From sequence record OK905446.1: DNA of 64,000 nucleotides. One strand, 5' to 3'. A program made the translations under genes and the position numbers. Below the pieces are notes generated by a model. It searched no databases. It saw only the letters and a program-made list of their open reading frames with translations, and was not told the DNA's origin. Shown here piece after piece: positions 25,122 through 35,269 of this stretch (position 1 is the stretch's first letter; every line of letters starts with the position of its first letter).

Positions 25122-26246
25122 TTACACCTCTAACGTTTTTAGGAATTCAGGGCGTACAGTTGAATCAATTTGACCAACTAGGTACGAACTAAGTTCAGCT
25201 TCTTGCGCTGCCACTTGTACTGAATCACTATTTAGCCACTTGCGAATCCATGGCAATGGGTGCTTACGACGAGGGTATGGGCTATTCAAACCAACCGAAC
25301 GCATACGACTATCAGCTAGGTATTCAACGTATTCACTTAGAATCTGAGCATTAAGACCTGGAACTGTGCCTTGAGCAAACAGTGAGTGTGCCCACTCTTT
25401 CTCTTGCTCAACAACTTGCATGAAAATCTTTTCAGCTTCTGATTGAAGTCGAAGAGAAATTTCTGCCATTTCTGGGTCATCTTTGTAGTTTTGCCAGATG
25501 GTGATAAGTGCTTGAGTACCTTTTAGGTGAAGCTGTTCATCACGAGCAATCAGTTTCATTACTTTCGCGTTGCCTTCCATAATACCTTGCTCTGCAAAGT
25601 TGAAAGTACATGCGAATGAAACATAGAAACGAATTGCTTCAAGTGCGTTTACTGCGTGCATACACAAGTAAAGTGCTTCTTTAACTGCACTTTCTTGCAT
25701 AAGAAAGTGAGCTTCGTCAAGATTCATCGTTTTAAGCTGGTTAAGCTTTTGCGTTTCAGAAATCAGTTTGTCATAATGCTCAGTAACTGCTTCAGCACGA
25801 GCCATGATTGACTTGTCGAGTACGATTTCGTCAAACACCGCACTTGGGTTTGAATACAAGTTACGCATGATGTGCGTGTAAGAACGACTGTGAATGGTTT
25901 CACTGAAGTCCCACGTCGTGATCCAGTTTTCAAGCGAGTTGTCACTACAGATAGGCAAGAATGCGATATTAGGCGCACGACCTTGCACAGAGTCTAGCAG
26001 TGATTGATATTTCAGGTTTTGCGTGAACACGTGTTTCCAGTGCTCAGGCATTCGATCAAATTCTTGAGAGTCAAGAGTCAAATCGACTTCTTCTGGTCGC
26101 CAGAAGAAAGAAAGTTGTTTTTCAGTAAGCTGTTCGAATACACCGTGCTTAACAGTTTCGAATCGAGAAATGTTTGGGTCTTCGCCCAAGAAAAGAGGTT
26201 GACCAAGATGGTCAACCTTATTTTTATTGAAAATCGTTTTAGACAT
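25122..26246 (-). CDS. nrdB: class Ia ribonucleotide reductase beta subunit
   Basis: FFWRPEEVDL, ETIHSRSY, LEAIRFYVSF, ARDEQLH; no intron seen. Confidence 0.97.
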   Translation of the reverse strand: MSKTIFNKNKVDHLGQPLFLGEDPNISRFETVKHGVFEQLTEKQLSFFWRPEEVDLTLDSQEFDRMPEHWKHVFTQNLKYQSLLDSVQGRAPNIAFLPICSDNSLENWITTWDFSETIHSRSYTHIMRNLYSNPSAVFDEIVLDKSIMARAEAVTEHYDKLISETQKLNQLKTMNLDEAHFLMQESAVKEALYLCMHAVNALEAIRFYVSFACTFNFAEQGIMEGNAKVMKLIARDEQLHLKGTQALITIWQNYKDDPEMAEISLRLQSEAEKIFMQVVEQEKEWAHSLFAQGTVPGLNAQILSEYVEYLADSRMRSVGLNSPYPRRKHPLPWIRKWLNSDSVQVAAQEAELSSYLVGQIDSTVRPEFLKTLEV

Positions 26247-26255
26247 CTATCTACC

Positions 26256-28481
26256 TTAAACCTTGCAACCGTCACAGTCTTCCCCGTCTTCAGTGCCGTC
26301 AGCACCGTCACGAGTGTTAGAATAGTAAAGAGTTTTGATACCGTAATGGCTACAGAACGCTAGTTCTTCGAAAATACGTTCCATCGGGATCTTACCATTA
26401 GGGAACTTTGATGGATCATAGTATTGGTTTGCTGAAATACTTTGATCAACAAACTTCTGCATGATTGCAACTAGCGTTAGATAACCGAAGTTATCTCGTT
26501 CACACACTTTCCACGCAAGACCGTATTCGTCTTTCAGCAAATCAACTTCAGGCACAACTTGGTTGAATACCCCGTCTTTTGACTGCTTAGTTGACACTAG
26601 ACCACGTGGCGGCTCAATGCCGTTCGTGCTGTTACTAATCTGAGAACTACTTTCACATGGCATGAAAGCGGAAGTTGTATCATTTCGCATACCGTAACGA
26701 ATAACGTCAGCGCGAAGTGCTTCCCATTCTAGATTATAATTCGGTTTAACAAGCTTATCAACATTTTTGTTGTACCAGTCAATTGGCAATTGACCTTTCG
26801 CCCATCGTGTCTTACGATGCAACTTGTTCGCGCCACGTTCTTTAGCTAGATGCATTGATGCTTGAATGTTGTAGTAAGACATTGCTTCCATCCATTCATG
26901 CACAAGATATTTAGCTGAAGCATCATACCCAACAAAGTTCTTAGCTAAGAAATACGCAAAGTTAGTGATACCAACACCCAATGCACGTCTGAATTTCGCC
27001 TTCTCAGCGGCTTCTACTGGATAATCTTGGTAATCAAGTAGATTGTCAAGCGCACGCATAACGATTGGAGCAAGCTTCGCGAATTCACTTGGTGATTCGA
27101 TTGCACCTAAGTTGTATGCTGCAAGTGTACAAAGCGCGATCTCTTCGTCTGCTGTACCAAGTGGGTACGTCGGAAGCGCGATTTCCATACACAAGTTCGA
27201 TTGCTTGATCGCTTCGATGTATGGCGACTGTGCATTCAAGTTGTCAACAAAGATCGGGTAGATACGACCAGTACCTGCACGCTCTTGACCAAACATACTG
27301 AATAGCTCAGTTGCTTTGATGCGTTTCTTGCGAACTTTCGGGTCAGCTTCTAGCTCAAGATACAGCCTTTCGAACTGTTCTGGGTTTGTGTGATATTCAC
27401 CATATAGAGCACCGTGACGTTCGTCAGGGCTGAACAGTGTGATGTAGTCGTTATCAACAAGACGTTGCATCATCAATCGACTGATTGAAACGCTGTAGTC
27501 TAGATGACGAATACGGTTTTCTTCAACACCTTTGTTGTTCTTCAGTACAAGCAGTTTTTCAACTTCTAAGTGCCAAATCGGGTAAGTCAACGTCGCAGCA
27601 CCACCACGTACGCCACCTTGAGAACACGATTTAACCGCAGTCTGAAAGTGTTTCCAGAATGGAATTACGCCAGTGTGACGAATTTCACCTGCTCGAACGA
27701 CTGAACCCTCAGCACGAATAGCACCACCATTCACACCAATACCTGCGCGTTTGCTGATGTAATCAACGATTGCTTCAGATACTTTGTTAATCGAACGTAG
27801 AGAGTCACCCGATTCGATTTTAACACACGAGCTAAATTGACGTGTCGGGGTACGAACGCCTGCCATGATCGGTGTTGGTAGTGAAAGTTTCTGAGTTGAA
27901 ACCGCGTTGTAGAAGTCAACAACGTGTTTGATTCTATCGTATTTCTCTTCTTGGTGTAGACACATAGCAATTAGCATATAAGCGTATTGCGGTGTTTCGT
28001 AGATTGCACCAGTACCACGGTTTTTACACAAGTACTTTTCTTTGAACTGCATCACGCCAGCGTATGCGAATTCAAAATCTCGCTCGTGTTGAATAAGAGA
28101 TTCGATATATTCTAGCTCGTCGTCAGACCATTTCTGAAGAATTTCAGGGTCATACACGCCGATGGCTGTGTTTTTCTCGATAAGTTGTTTGAATGGAATA
28201 GGGTCGAACTGACCATATACATCTTTGCGAAGACCATACATAGCAAGACGAGCCGAAACATATTGATAGTCTGGCTCGTCTACTGAAATGCTATCGGCAG
28301 CGATTTTGATCGCTGCCTTTTGAATGTCTTTGCTCGTCATACCGTCGCTAAGTTGAGCTTTAACGCGGTCAAGTAGTTGATGCGGATCGACTGTGGTGTT
28401 TTTACAAGCGTCTGCTAAAACGCGCATCAATTTACTTTCTTCAAATTCTTCTGTAATGCCAGAAGACTTCACTACAAGCAT
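26256..28481 (-). CDS. nrdA: class Ia ribonucleotide reductase alpha subunit with ATP cone
   Basis: VVKSSG ATP cone, PTPIMAG, FSSCV, SNLCMEI, MPCESSS, C-terminal CDGCKV. Confidence 0.97.
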   Translation of the reverse strand: MLVVKSSGITEEFEESKLMRVLADACKNTTVDPHQLLDRVKAQLSDGMTSKDIQKAAIKIAADSISVDEPDYQYVSARLAMYGLRKDVYGQFDPIPFKQLIEKNTAIGVYDPEILQKWSDDELEYIESLIQHERDFEFAYAGVMQFKEKYLCKNRGTGAIYETPQYAYMLIAMCLHQEEKYDRIKHVVDFYNAVSTQKLSLPTPIMAGVRTPTRQFSSCVKIESGDSLRSINKVSEAIVDYISKRAGIGVNGGAIRAEGSVVRAGEIRHTGVIPFWKHFQTAVKSCSQGGVRGGAATLTYPIWHLEVEKLLVLKNNKGVEENRIRHLDYSVSISRLMMQRLVDNDYITLFSPDERHGALYGEYHTNPEQFERLYLELEADPKVRKKRIKATELFSMFGQERAGTGRIYPIFVDNLNAQSPYIEAIKQSNLCMEIALPTYPLGTADEEIALCTLAAYNLGAIESPSEFAKLAPIVMRALDNLLDYQDYPVEAAEKAKFRRALGVGITNFAYFLAKNFVGYDASAKYLVHEWMEAMSYYNIQASMHLAKERGANKLHRKTRWAKGQLPIDWYNKNVDKLVKPNYNLEWEALRADVIRYGMRNDTTSAFMPCESSSQISNSTNGIEPPRGLVSTKQSKDGVFNQVVPEVDLLKDEYGLAWKVCERDNFGYLTLVAIMQKFVDQSISANQYYDPSKFPNGKIPMERIFEELAFCSHYGIKTLYYSNTRDGADGTEDGEDCDGCKV

Positions 28482-28513
28482 CAAAATTCCCTCGTTTGTT
28501 AATTGTTTTCTAT

Positions 28514-29005
28514 TTATTGATCGAAATCAACCTCACTCTCGTTGCCTTCAATTTCTGAAGAAGATTTCACACGAATCTTGTGGGCTTCGATGATGCGTTG
28601 ACGGTATTTGCTGTTGCGTTCTTTATAACACGTTCTCAAGTTCACATAAACTTTACCCGTTTGTGCTTTGTTGATTGTAATGCCGACCATGTATGGCGAA
28701 TCTGGCTTGTTGCCGTACACATTGATGTGCTTCGGTCGCTCGTCTGCTGGCATATTTGCAAGCTCTAAAATTTCGTCTTGGTGATTTTTAATCAAACGAC
28801 CAACGATGATTTCAAAAACACGAGCAGGGAACGAGTGATCCATAATGCGATCAATCACGTGATAGTCCATCGTGACGTAAATACCTTTGTCTACAGCACC
28901 ATGTCGATGTGCAACTTTATTGATGTACTCACGACCTTCACGAAGGACTTTGTAACGGTTAGTACCGTTGAATACTGATTCATATGCCATATCATTTGTC
29001 TCCAA
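28514..29005 (-). CDS. hypothetical protein
   Basis: 163-aa ORF in the nrd operon. Confidence 0.75.
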   Translation of the reverse strand: METNDMAYESVFNGTNRYKVLREGREYINKVAHRHGAVDKGIYVTMDYHVIDRIMDHSFPARVFEIIVGRLIKNHQDEILELANMPADERPKHINVYGNKPDSPYMVGITINKAQTGKVYVNLRTCYKERNSKYRQRIIEAHKIRVKSSSEIEGNESEVDFDQ

Positions 29006-29198
29006 TTTTCTTCAATAGAAAGTTTAATATTTTTCGCGTGCCTTCCGGCGTCTCAGAATGTTTCTCAAACGAGTATATTGTCTCGTCGTCGAGCGTGTTG
29101 AGATAATCGCATATTTTTATCTGCGTTTCAACACTTAATTTCACGAACGGTAGTTCTTCTACACGCAAGCGAACTAGGTCTTGAGATAATAGTCGCAT
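28992..29198 (-). CDS. hypothetical protein
   Basis: First gene after promoter TTGACT-N17-TAGACT at about 29231-29259. Confidence 0.7.
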   Translation of the reverse strand: MRLLSQDLVRLRVEELPFVKLSVETQIKICDYLNTLDDETIYSFEKHSETPEGTRKILNFLLKKIGDK

Positions 29199-29266
29199 TG
29201 TTTAATTCCCAGTCTGCTTGAGATACAATTAGTCTACAGAAAAACACACTAGGAGTCAACACTTTT

Positions 29267-30268
29267 ATGAAAAAAGTTCGCTACGTCGTGACGGACTTTA
29301 TGTTAGGCATTGGCGGTGGGATTTATACATTCATTCAAGACCACGTTCGATTAATGAAATCACTCAACTGTGATGCAAAGGTCATCGTACTCGGTGATGA
29401 ATCATGCCCACACGTGAAACACTGGGATTTTGGATGCGACTTCGTACTGACTCGACGCTCGTATAAAGACTATAAAGCAAATGCAATGGTCATTAAGGCA
29501 CTTGACTCTGAAGCAATCATTTACACGCATTCATATGAGGCACTTCGTGCTTGCATAGAAGCAAAACGTCATTGCTATAATCAACATCACTTTGGCGACT
29601 TGATTGTTCCCGACTCATATCGACAATACATGGACATCAATCAGATTTACAACTTACCTCAATGGCGACACATGATGTCAACATCATTGGTTACGAATGT
29701 AGCTCAATCAAATGGCATTGCTCAATGGGGAATAGAAGTAATCGGTGGCAATCACGTAACAGCGTTTGAACCATTCGAATTACCTGAAGTTACACAAGCT
29801 GATATAGACGCCGCTGAAGAATCTGATGTGATTATCGTATCTGGCGCATACAAGCGTAAGCAAATGCCTGAAATGCTGCGTGTGCTTGCACACAGCGGGC
29901 TTAAAGTTCGAGTGTTTACAACTGATCCTATTAAAGTCCCATCGGGTTTAGATTGCGTTGTAGAAACTTGTCAGAGACGCGAACGAGTAATCGCGCATAT
30001 GATGAAAAGCAAAGTTCTATTGCACATGTCTCACATTGAGATTATGCCATATGCAGTACTCGAAGCGTGCCAGTACATACCATGCATTGTTCAACATGAC
30101 GCACCGTATACACGAGATTTCATTTTCCCGGTAATGCGAGGCGATATAAACAGTGATACATTGATTGACATTATTCATAATGCAATCTCAACAAAACATC
30201 AACAATTTGACATTGAGAAGTATCGAGTAGATGCTAAAACACATTGGAAAGAACTCTGGGGCTTATGA
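29267..30268 (+). CDS. GT-B fold glycosyltransferase (GT4-like)
   Basis: N-terminal GIGGG loop, YKRKQ, SHIEIMPYAVLEA (EX7E). Confidence 0.75.
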   Translation: MKKVRYVVTDFMLGIGGGIYTFIQDHVRLMKSLNCDAKVIVLGDESCPHVKHWDFGCDFVLTRRSYKDYKANAMVIKALDSEAIIYTHSYEALRACIEAKRHCYNQHHFGDLIVPDSYRQYMDINQIYNLPQWRHMMSTSLVTNVAQSNGIAQWGIEVIGGNHVTAFEPFELPEVTQADIDAAEESDVIIVSGAYKRKQMPEMLRVLAHSGLKVRVFTTDPIKVPSGLDCVVETCQRRERVIAHMMKSKVLLHMSHIEIMPYAVLEACQYIPCIVQHDAPYTRDFIFPVMRGDINSDTLIDIIHNAISTKHQQFDIEKYRVDAKTHWKELWGL

Positions 30269-30537
30269 TGAAACCAAATTTTAAAATACTAGAAATCGAC
30301 AAATGGGAACACGCGGTAGTAATTGATTGGGGCGACAATTGCGTTTACAAACACAAGCTACCCCCTGAAATCGTCGAGAACGATTTACCACTTGAATCAA
30401 TCATATTCATTCTTGAAGATCTTCGCCCTAGACCACCAGAGATTCAGTCATTGAAGACTCTAACCGAGTTGATGACTGGCACAATCGACGCTGAACGCGA
30501 CGAAGAATTTCAATCACTATTGGACGACTTGGATTAA
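30265..30537 (+). CDS. small acidic hypothetical protein
   Basis: ATGA overlap with the GT; TAATG coupling to the rSAM gene. Confidence 0.7.
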   Translation: MMKPNFKILEIDKWEHAVVIDWGDNCVYKHKLPPEIVENDLPLESIIFILEDLRPRPPEIQSLKTLTELMTGTIDAERDEEFQSLLDDLD

Positions 30538-31589
30538 TGGACAAATTTGGATTCAAAGACGGGAAAAAGCCACTATGTGGCTCTCCCTTTAACACACGCG
30601 ACGCGAAGCCAGACGGCTATCATATCTGCTGCTCACAATTAAGTGAGCCATTTCCGAACGTTGAAGATTGGTGGCATAGTGACATCATCAACGAGCACCG
30701 CGCCAAGATGTTTGATTACGACACGCTGCCAGAGTACTGCAAAGAATGCATGAGCTACGGTGAACTGTCCGACCAGAAGTATTTCGAATATGAAGCACTT
30801 GAAGAACACCCACGGACGATTCAAATATTGATGTCGAATAAGTGTAACCTAGCGTGTCGAATGTGCTACGGCAAGAACAGCAAATCATACATGGATTTGT
30901 ACGACATCGAAGACACATACGACTACAAACAGCTTGATTTCAGTATCCCGAAAGGTGTTGAAACTGTTGTTCTGTATGGCGGCGAACCATTCATGGACAA
31001 GCGAACAGTCGAAGTTCTAACTGAAGTCATGGAAGAAACAAAAGCTGAAGTTTACATTCTGACCAACGGGACTGTACTTCACACGCCATTAGCTAAGAAA
31101 ATTCTAGCAATCTGCAAAAAGTACAAAGACCGTTTGGTATTCACAATCTCATGTGATGGTGGCAAAGAAAGGAACGAATACATTCGTCAGAATATCGACC
31201 ACGACTTGATGCTTGCTAATGTGCCGCTATTGAAAGAACACAGCAAGCACGTTTGTATGCACCACACTCTAAGTCGAATGAGTTATGACACGATTTACGA
31301 CTTCATTCAAGTTGCTGAAAAAGCTCAAGTGTTTGTTGACTTCGGTACAGTAAAAGCACCTCGTGAAATGTCAATCAAGTTCATGGATCCTAAGATCATC
31401 AAAGCTGCAATGAAAACGCAGTATGAGCAAATGAAGGGCATGGAAGAGGGGTATTACAAAGCAGAATTGTTTAGATGCTTGAAGCAAATGCTATCAGTTG
31501 AATACGAACATCGACCTGAATACGACGTTGAATTTGAAAAGAAAATGAAATACATGGACAATCAGATTCAAATCAAAATGGTGAAATAA
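30537..31589 (+). CDS. radical SAM enzyme with N-terminal twitch/SPASM domain
   Basis: CGSPF...CC...CKEC then CNLACRMC, YGGEP, LTNGT. Confidence 0.9.
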   Translation: MDKFGFKDGKKPLCGSPFNTRDAKPDGYHICCSQLSEPFPNVEDWWHSDIINEHRAKMFDYDTLPEYCKECMSYGELSDQKYFEYEALEEHPRTIQILMSNKCNLACRMCYGKNSKSYMDLYDIEDTYDYKQLDFSIPKGVETVVLYGGEPFMDKRTVEVLTEVMEETKAEVYILTNGTVLHTPLAKKILAICKKYKDRLVFTISCDGGKERNEYIRQNIDHDLMLANVPLLKEHSKHVCMHHTLSRMSYDTIYDFIQVAEKAQVFVDFGTVKAPREMSIKFMDPKIIKAAMKTQYEQMKGMEEGYYKAELFRCLKQMLSVEYEHRPEYDVEFEKKMKYMDNQIQIKMVK

Positions 31590-31618
31590 GAAAGGGAGCA
31601 TTTAGCTCCCTTTTTGTT

Positions 31619-32143
31619 TCAGTGCTCAACCCAATTTAGTTCGTATACTGGACAGAAACGGGAAGGGAATTCTTCTGGCGTCACTTCATACACTTCTTCA
31701 GTATCTTCATCAATCAGTACGAGTTTAGTACCTGCACAGTAAATAACTTTCAAAGAAACCAAGTCGTTATCACCGACAAATATATCAATGTACTCGCCTT
31801 CTTTGATTTCAACTTCTTTTCGTACTGTTTCTAATTTCTCAACTTCATACTTCATTGAAGTGTTAATAGTAACACGTTTTTCAAAATCACCGTCTACGTC
31901 ATGAAACAGCCAATCCACTTGCAACGTGCCAATGTGACCGTTGTGCATGACGAAACTCTTGTGAGTTTCTTTTTGCAGAAATACAAATGGACCAGTTGGT
32001 GATTCACTGTGTACTAGAACCAAATCTTTAAGAGTTTGCACGTTGTCTGCTTTAAAAACAACTGCTACAACTTGACCAGCCCCTGCGTGAATGCGACGAG
32101 TTTTCTTAACAGTTTCGCGTACTTCTTTAGTTGTCATGAACAT
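31619..32143 (-). CDS. hypothetical protein
   Basis: 174-aa ORF with RBS. Confidence 0.75.
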   Translation of the reverse strand: MFMTTKEVRETVKKTRRIHAGAGQVVAVVFKADNVQTLKDLVLVHSESPTGPFVFLQKETHKSFVMHNGHIGTLQVDWLFHDVDGDFEKRVTINTSMKYEVEKLETVRKEVEIKEGEYIDIFVGDNDLVSLKVIYCAGTKLVLIDEDTEEVYEVTPEEFPSRFCPVYELNWVEH

Positions 32144-32204
32144 AATGTTTCCTTCTTGATTTGTGAGGTTTGATTATGGGGCTTTTCAGCCCCGTTGTCA
32201 ATGA

Positions 32205-32477
32205 TTAAATTGCATAATCTTCGATTTTCTTACCAATTCCTTGATATGCTTCAGAGCCATAGCAAGGGTCGATTTCTGACCAATGAGCAGTATCAAGGCG
32301 ACCTGCTTTGTTGATTTTCTCAGCAAAACGCGCTGCACGTTCACCGTCATCACCGAAATTAGTGCCTTGAAGTGCAAATCGAAAACCGCATGGTAGTTCG
32401 GCTACAATGTAAAAGTACTCGTTCTCGTTGTAGTCGATGTCGCTGCGTTCAAAAGCGTGGAAGTCTGTGATAATCAT
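32205..32477 (-). CDS. conserved phage hypothetical protein
   Basis: First gene after promoter cassette; WSEIDPCYGSEAY. Confidence 0.75.
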   Translation of the reverse strand: MIITDFHAFERSDIDYNENEYFYIVAELPCGFRFALQGTNFGDDGERAARFAEKINKAGRLDTAHWSEIDPCYGSEAYQGIGKKIEDYAI

Positions 32478-32502
32478 AATGTTCTCTCTTAGTTAGTCGA
32501 TG

Positions 32503-32554
32503 TCGTTTCGATGTAGCTATAATACGAAAAAAGGGCTGCCGAAGCAACCCTTTT
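32503..32554 (-). promoter_or_regulatory. promoter/terminator hybrid cassette (PeSL-like)
   Basis: TTGCTT-N17-TATTAT overlapping hairpin GGGTTGC-TTCG-GCAGCCC-TTTTTT; 49 bp identical to 35188-35236. Confidence 0.85.
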
Positions 32555-32572
32555 ATTGTGATTCGCATCACA

Positions 32573-33292
32573 TTATTTGTTTAATTCAACTTCTAGCTTT
32601 AGCATTTCACACTGAAGAACTAGACCTTTAACTTCGTCATAGTGCTTAGTTGTTAGTTGCTCGCCAGCATCGACTACGCTCATCAATCGAACTTTCGCAC
32701 GATTACAGTCTGACACTGAACCACGTAGTTCTCGAACTAGCTCAGGTGACAGAAGAACGTCTTCGTTGATTACAACTGTGTCTTCAAGAATCTTTTCAGC
32801 TTTGATTTCTTTCTTGCTGAATTCTTGCTCTTCGATGACTACACGGTCTTTCGCTGCTTCAGCTTCAGCTTGTGCCTTTGCAATCTGAGCGTTGATTCGT
32901 GCGCGGTCAGTTTGATTACACTGATCAAGAAGAGTGATGCCGTACTTCATTTTCCACTGACCTGATAGACTGTAGTCTTTCTCTGCCATACGATGTTCGC
33001 GCTCTGCTGCGATTACAGAGTCGATTACATCACAGAAAGGCACTTCTTCATTTGCACGCGGAACTGGCTTCTGACCGAAGTGTACGCGCTGTTTGACTAC
33101 GTTAGCGTACATATCGTCGTAGCGACTCAAGAAGCTTGGTGCTGCGAACACGTTTAGCATGTCTTTTTCAGTTTGAGACATCACTGGTAGAGCAGCTTTA
33201 AGCTGATCAGTTGCTGCATTGTCGATAGTGTCAGTACAACCAGTTAGAACTACTGATGCTGCTAGGGCTGCGATTGCGATTATTTTTTTCAT
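32573..33292 (-). CDS. lipoprotein, paralogue of 45714-46418
   Basis: Lipobox VLTGC; shared PFCDVI, QWxxxYGI, DCNRAK, LEVELNK. Confidence 0.8.
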   Translation of the reverse strand: MKKIIAIAALAASVVLTGCTDTIDNAATDQLKAALPVMSQTEKDMLNVFAAPSFLSRYDDMYANVVKQRVHFGQKPVPRANEEVPFCDVIDSVIAAEREHRMAEKDYSLSGQWKMKYGITLLDQCNQTDRARINAQIAKAQAEAEAAKDRVVIEEQEFSKKEIKAEKILEDTVVINEDVLLSPELVRELRGSVSDCNRAKVRLMSVVDAGEQLTTKHYDEVKGLVLQCEMLKLEVELNK

Positions 33293-33303
33293 GATGTTCT
33301 CTC

Positions 33304-33564
33304 TTATTTTTCAAATTTGATGTAGAAGTATTGGCGACCATTTCGAGGCGCAGGTACACAAGTCAAGTAAGGTTGCATGCCTTCAGGACATTGATCAAAA
33401 AACTCAGGATTTAGGCGCTTAACAACGTACCAAAATTCGCTGCGCTTTTCTTCCCACTGTTCAAGTGCTTTCTTTCTGAATTTCATTGGTTTATGAAACA
33501 GTACAAAGTATGCACGTCGGTGTAGCCAATGATTCTGAATATGAAGCGTTACTTCGTCTTTCAT
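33304..33564 (-). CDS. hypothetical protein
   Basis: 86-aa ORF with GAGAG RBS. Confidence 0.7.
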   Translation of the reverse strand: MKDEVTLHIQNHWLHRRAYFVLFHKPMKFRKKALEQWEEKRSEFWYVVKRLNPEFFDQCPEGMQPYLTCVPAPRNGRQYFYIKFEK

Positions 33565-33625
33565 GATATTGTTCTCTCGTTAGGCGTTGAGTGACATATT
33601 ACAGCCACTCAACTACCTTTGTCAA

Positions 33626-34885
33626 CTATTTTTTGAAATGAATTTGCATATTTTCTTCAACGTCACGTAGAACGTCGTAGTCTTTAACAAATTTATCAAA
33701 CACAGAACCGTCACCGAAAGTAAAGCTTGATTGCTCTTTGATACTTTCAATCGCGTTCAGGAGATCTTGATATTCTTGGTCATCTGAATCATACCAATCT
33801 GCGAAACGGTCTTTTAGACTACTTAGAGACAGTTCTGTGCGCTCAGTACGCACGACATCAAGTTCAACGTGCTCTTCGTAATGATATGGGTTCTTCTTCG
33901 CTTCGATGATGTCAGCAAGCTTACGAAGACGTTTAGCATGTTCTGCGGTGTCGTAGTCTTGACCACAAGTCATAACAGGCGCAAATTCGTAGTTGTTGTT
34001 TTGCATCCAAAGTGCGCACCACTTAGCACCAATCACTGCTTCTGCAATCTTCTCAACCATTTCAGGCTTTTCTCTCAAATCACGATTGAATGATTTGTGC
34101 GCAAACCAATCTGAACGCTCATCGCCGAGTTCGAGTCGGTCTTCAGCCAGCCATTCAACCATTTGACTGAAGCTCTTGTCTGCTTGATCACGTGTATATG
34201 GCTCATTTGTTCGCTCATTGATCTCACCTGCGTCAGCCTTAGCATAAAGCTCGTCACGCATGTCAATCATTCGCTTCTGTTGTTGCTCAGATAGAGCGTC
34301 AAAACCCGATACAGAGCCATTGTACTTGTCTGTAAGGCGTTTCATGTCGTCAGCAAACGTGTACTTCTTCGCGTCTTCACCCCACCCCTCAGATTTAGTA
34401 CCAGCAAGCATCATTTGATACACTTCTTCGTGCATTGCCATTTTCACGACCGCAGTTTCATTACCATGACCACCCTTCACACGAAGAGAACCACTGTGTT
34501 CCATGTCTTGCAATTGAGCCATGTCTGAGATCTCGTCGATTTCCATGTAATCATGATATTCGTTGTAATCTTCGAGTGTCTTGCCTTCGGCGACGCGATT
34601 CGGCACATAACGACTGTTGATTGCTGCAAGAGTCAGTTCAGCCATTTCAGAGTCTTCGAACTCATAGTTGTTATAATCCGCGTATTTGCCGAGCAAAGGG
34701 TAGCCGATAATCGAGAAATTATCCCAAGGGTAGCAACCACATCCCATCATGATGTTTTTAAACAGACCTTGACGACCGTAATAGTTCGTAGCGAATGCGT
34801 CCATTTCTAAGAAAAAGACACGCGCAAGACTGCCTTCTTGAATTGGTGTACGAGTGATTGCGCAAGTTGTGTTAAATGAACCCAT
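33626..34885 (-). CDS. hypothetical protein (419 aa)
   Basis: Long ORF, GGAG RBS, MGSFNTTCAIT N-terminus. Confidence 0.85.
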   Translation of the reverse strand: MGSFNTTCAITRTPIQEGSLARVFFLEMDAFATNYYGRQGLFKNIMMGCGCYPWDNFSIIGYPLLGKYADYNNYEFEDSEMAELTLAAINSRYVPNRVAEGKTLEDYNEYHDYMEIDEISDMAQLQDMEHSGSLRVKGGHGNETAVVKMAMHEEVYQMMLAGTKSEGWGEDAKKYTFADDMKRLTDKYNGSVSGFDALSEQQQKRMIDMRDELYAKADAGEINERTNEPYTRDQADKSFSQMVEWLAEDRLELGDERSDWFAHKSFNRDLREKPEMVEKIAEAVIGAKWCALWMQNNNYEFAPVMTCGQDYDTAEHAKRLRKLADIIEAKKNPYHYEEHVELDVVRTERTELSLSSLKDRFADWYDSDDQEYQDLLNAIESIKEQSSFTFGDGSVFDKFVKDYDVLRDVEENMQIHFKK

Positions 34886-34894
34886 TGTTGTCTC

Positions 34895-35164
34895 CTATAG
34901 ACCGTGTTTTTCTGCGTGTTGTTTCCAAAGAGTCGGAGCAAGTTTACGTGCTTTACTGCGAACATCAGCCCAGTTTTTACCCGAAGCAACCACTTTACCA
35001 ATATCATCACCAGCAAATGAAATTACTTTGAAACCGAAATCTTTCAAGTCGTTCTTGAAAACACAGTAAATGATGTTACAACCGTTTACGGTGAATATTG
35101 TTTCTTTCTCGCCGTCAAAGTCATGTGTGCGTTGTTTGATTTTTAGTTTAGCTGCTGTAGTCAT
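34895..35164 (-). CDS. hypothetical protein
   Basis: First gene after promoter cassette. Confidence 0.75.
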   Translation of the reverse strand: MTTAAKLKIKQRTHDFDGEKETIFTVNGCNIIYCVFKNDLKDFGFKVISFAGDDIGKVVASGKNWADVRSKARKLAPTLWKQHAEKHGL

Positions 35165-35187
35165 AATGTTCTCTTTGTTTTCGTCTT

Positions 35188-35236
35188 TCGTTTCGATGTA
35201 GCTATAATACGAAAAAAGGGCTGCCGAAGCAACCCT
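35188..35236 (-). promoter_or_regulatory. promoter/terminator hybrid cassette (PeSL-like)
   Basis: 49-bp exact copy of 32503-32551; also terminates nadV. Confidence 0.85.
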
Positions 35237-35269
35237 AAATTTACGATTTTTAGTGATCTATGTCACGTT

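Noticed and set aside
25122-28481. Group I introns or inteins in nrdA/nrdB as in T4
   Set aside because: Both ORFs are continuous and of normal length
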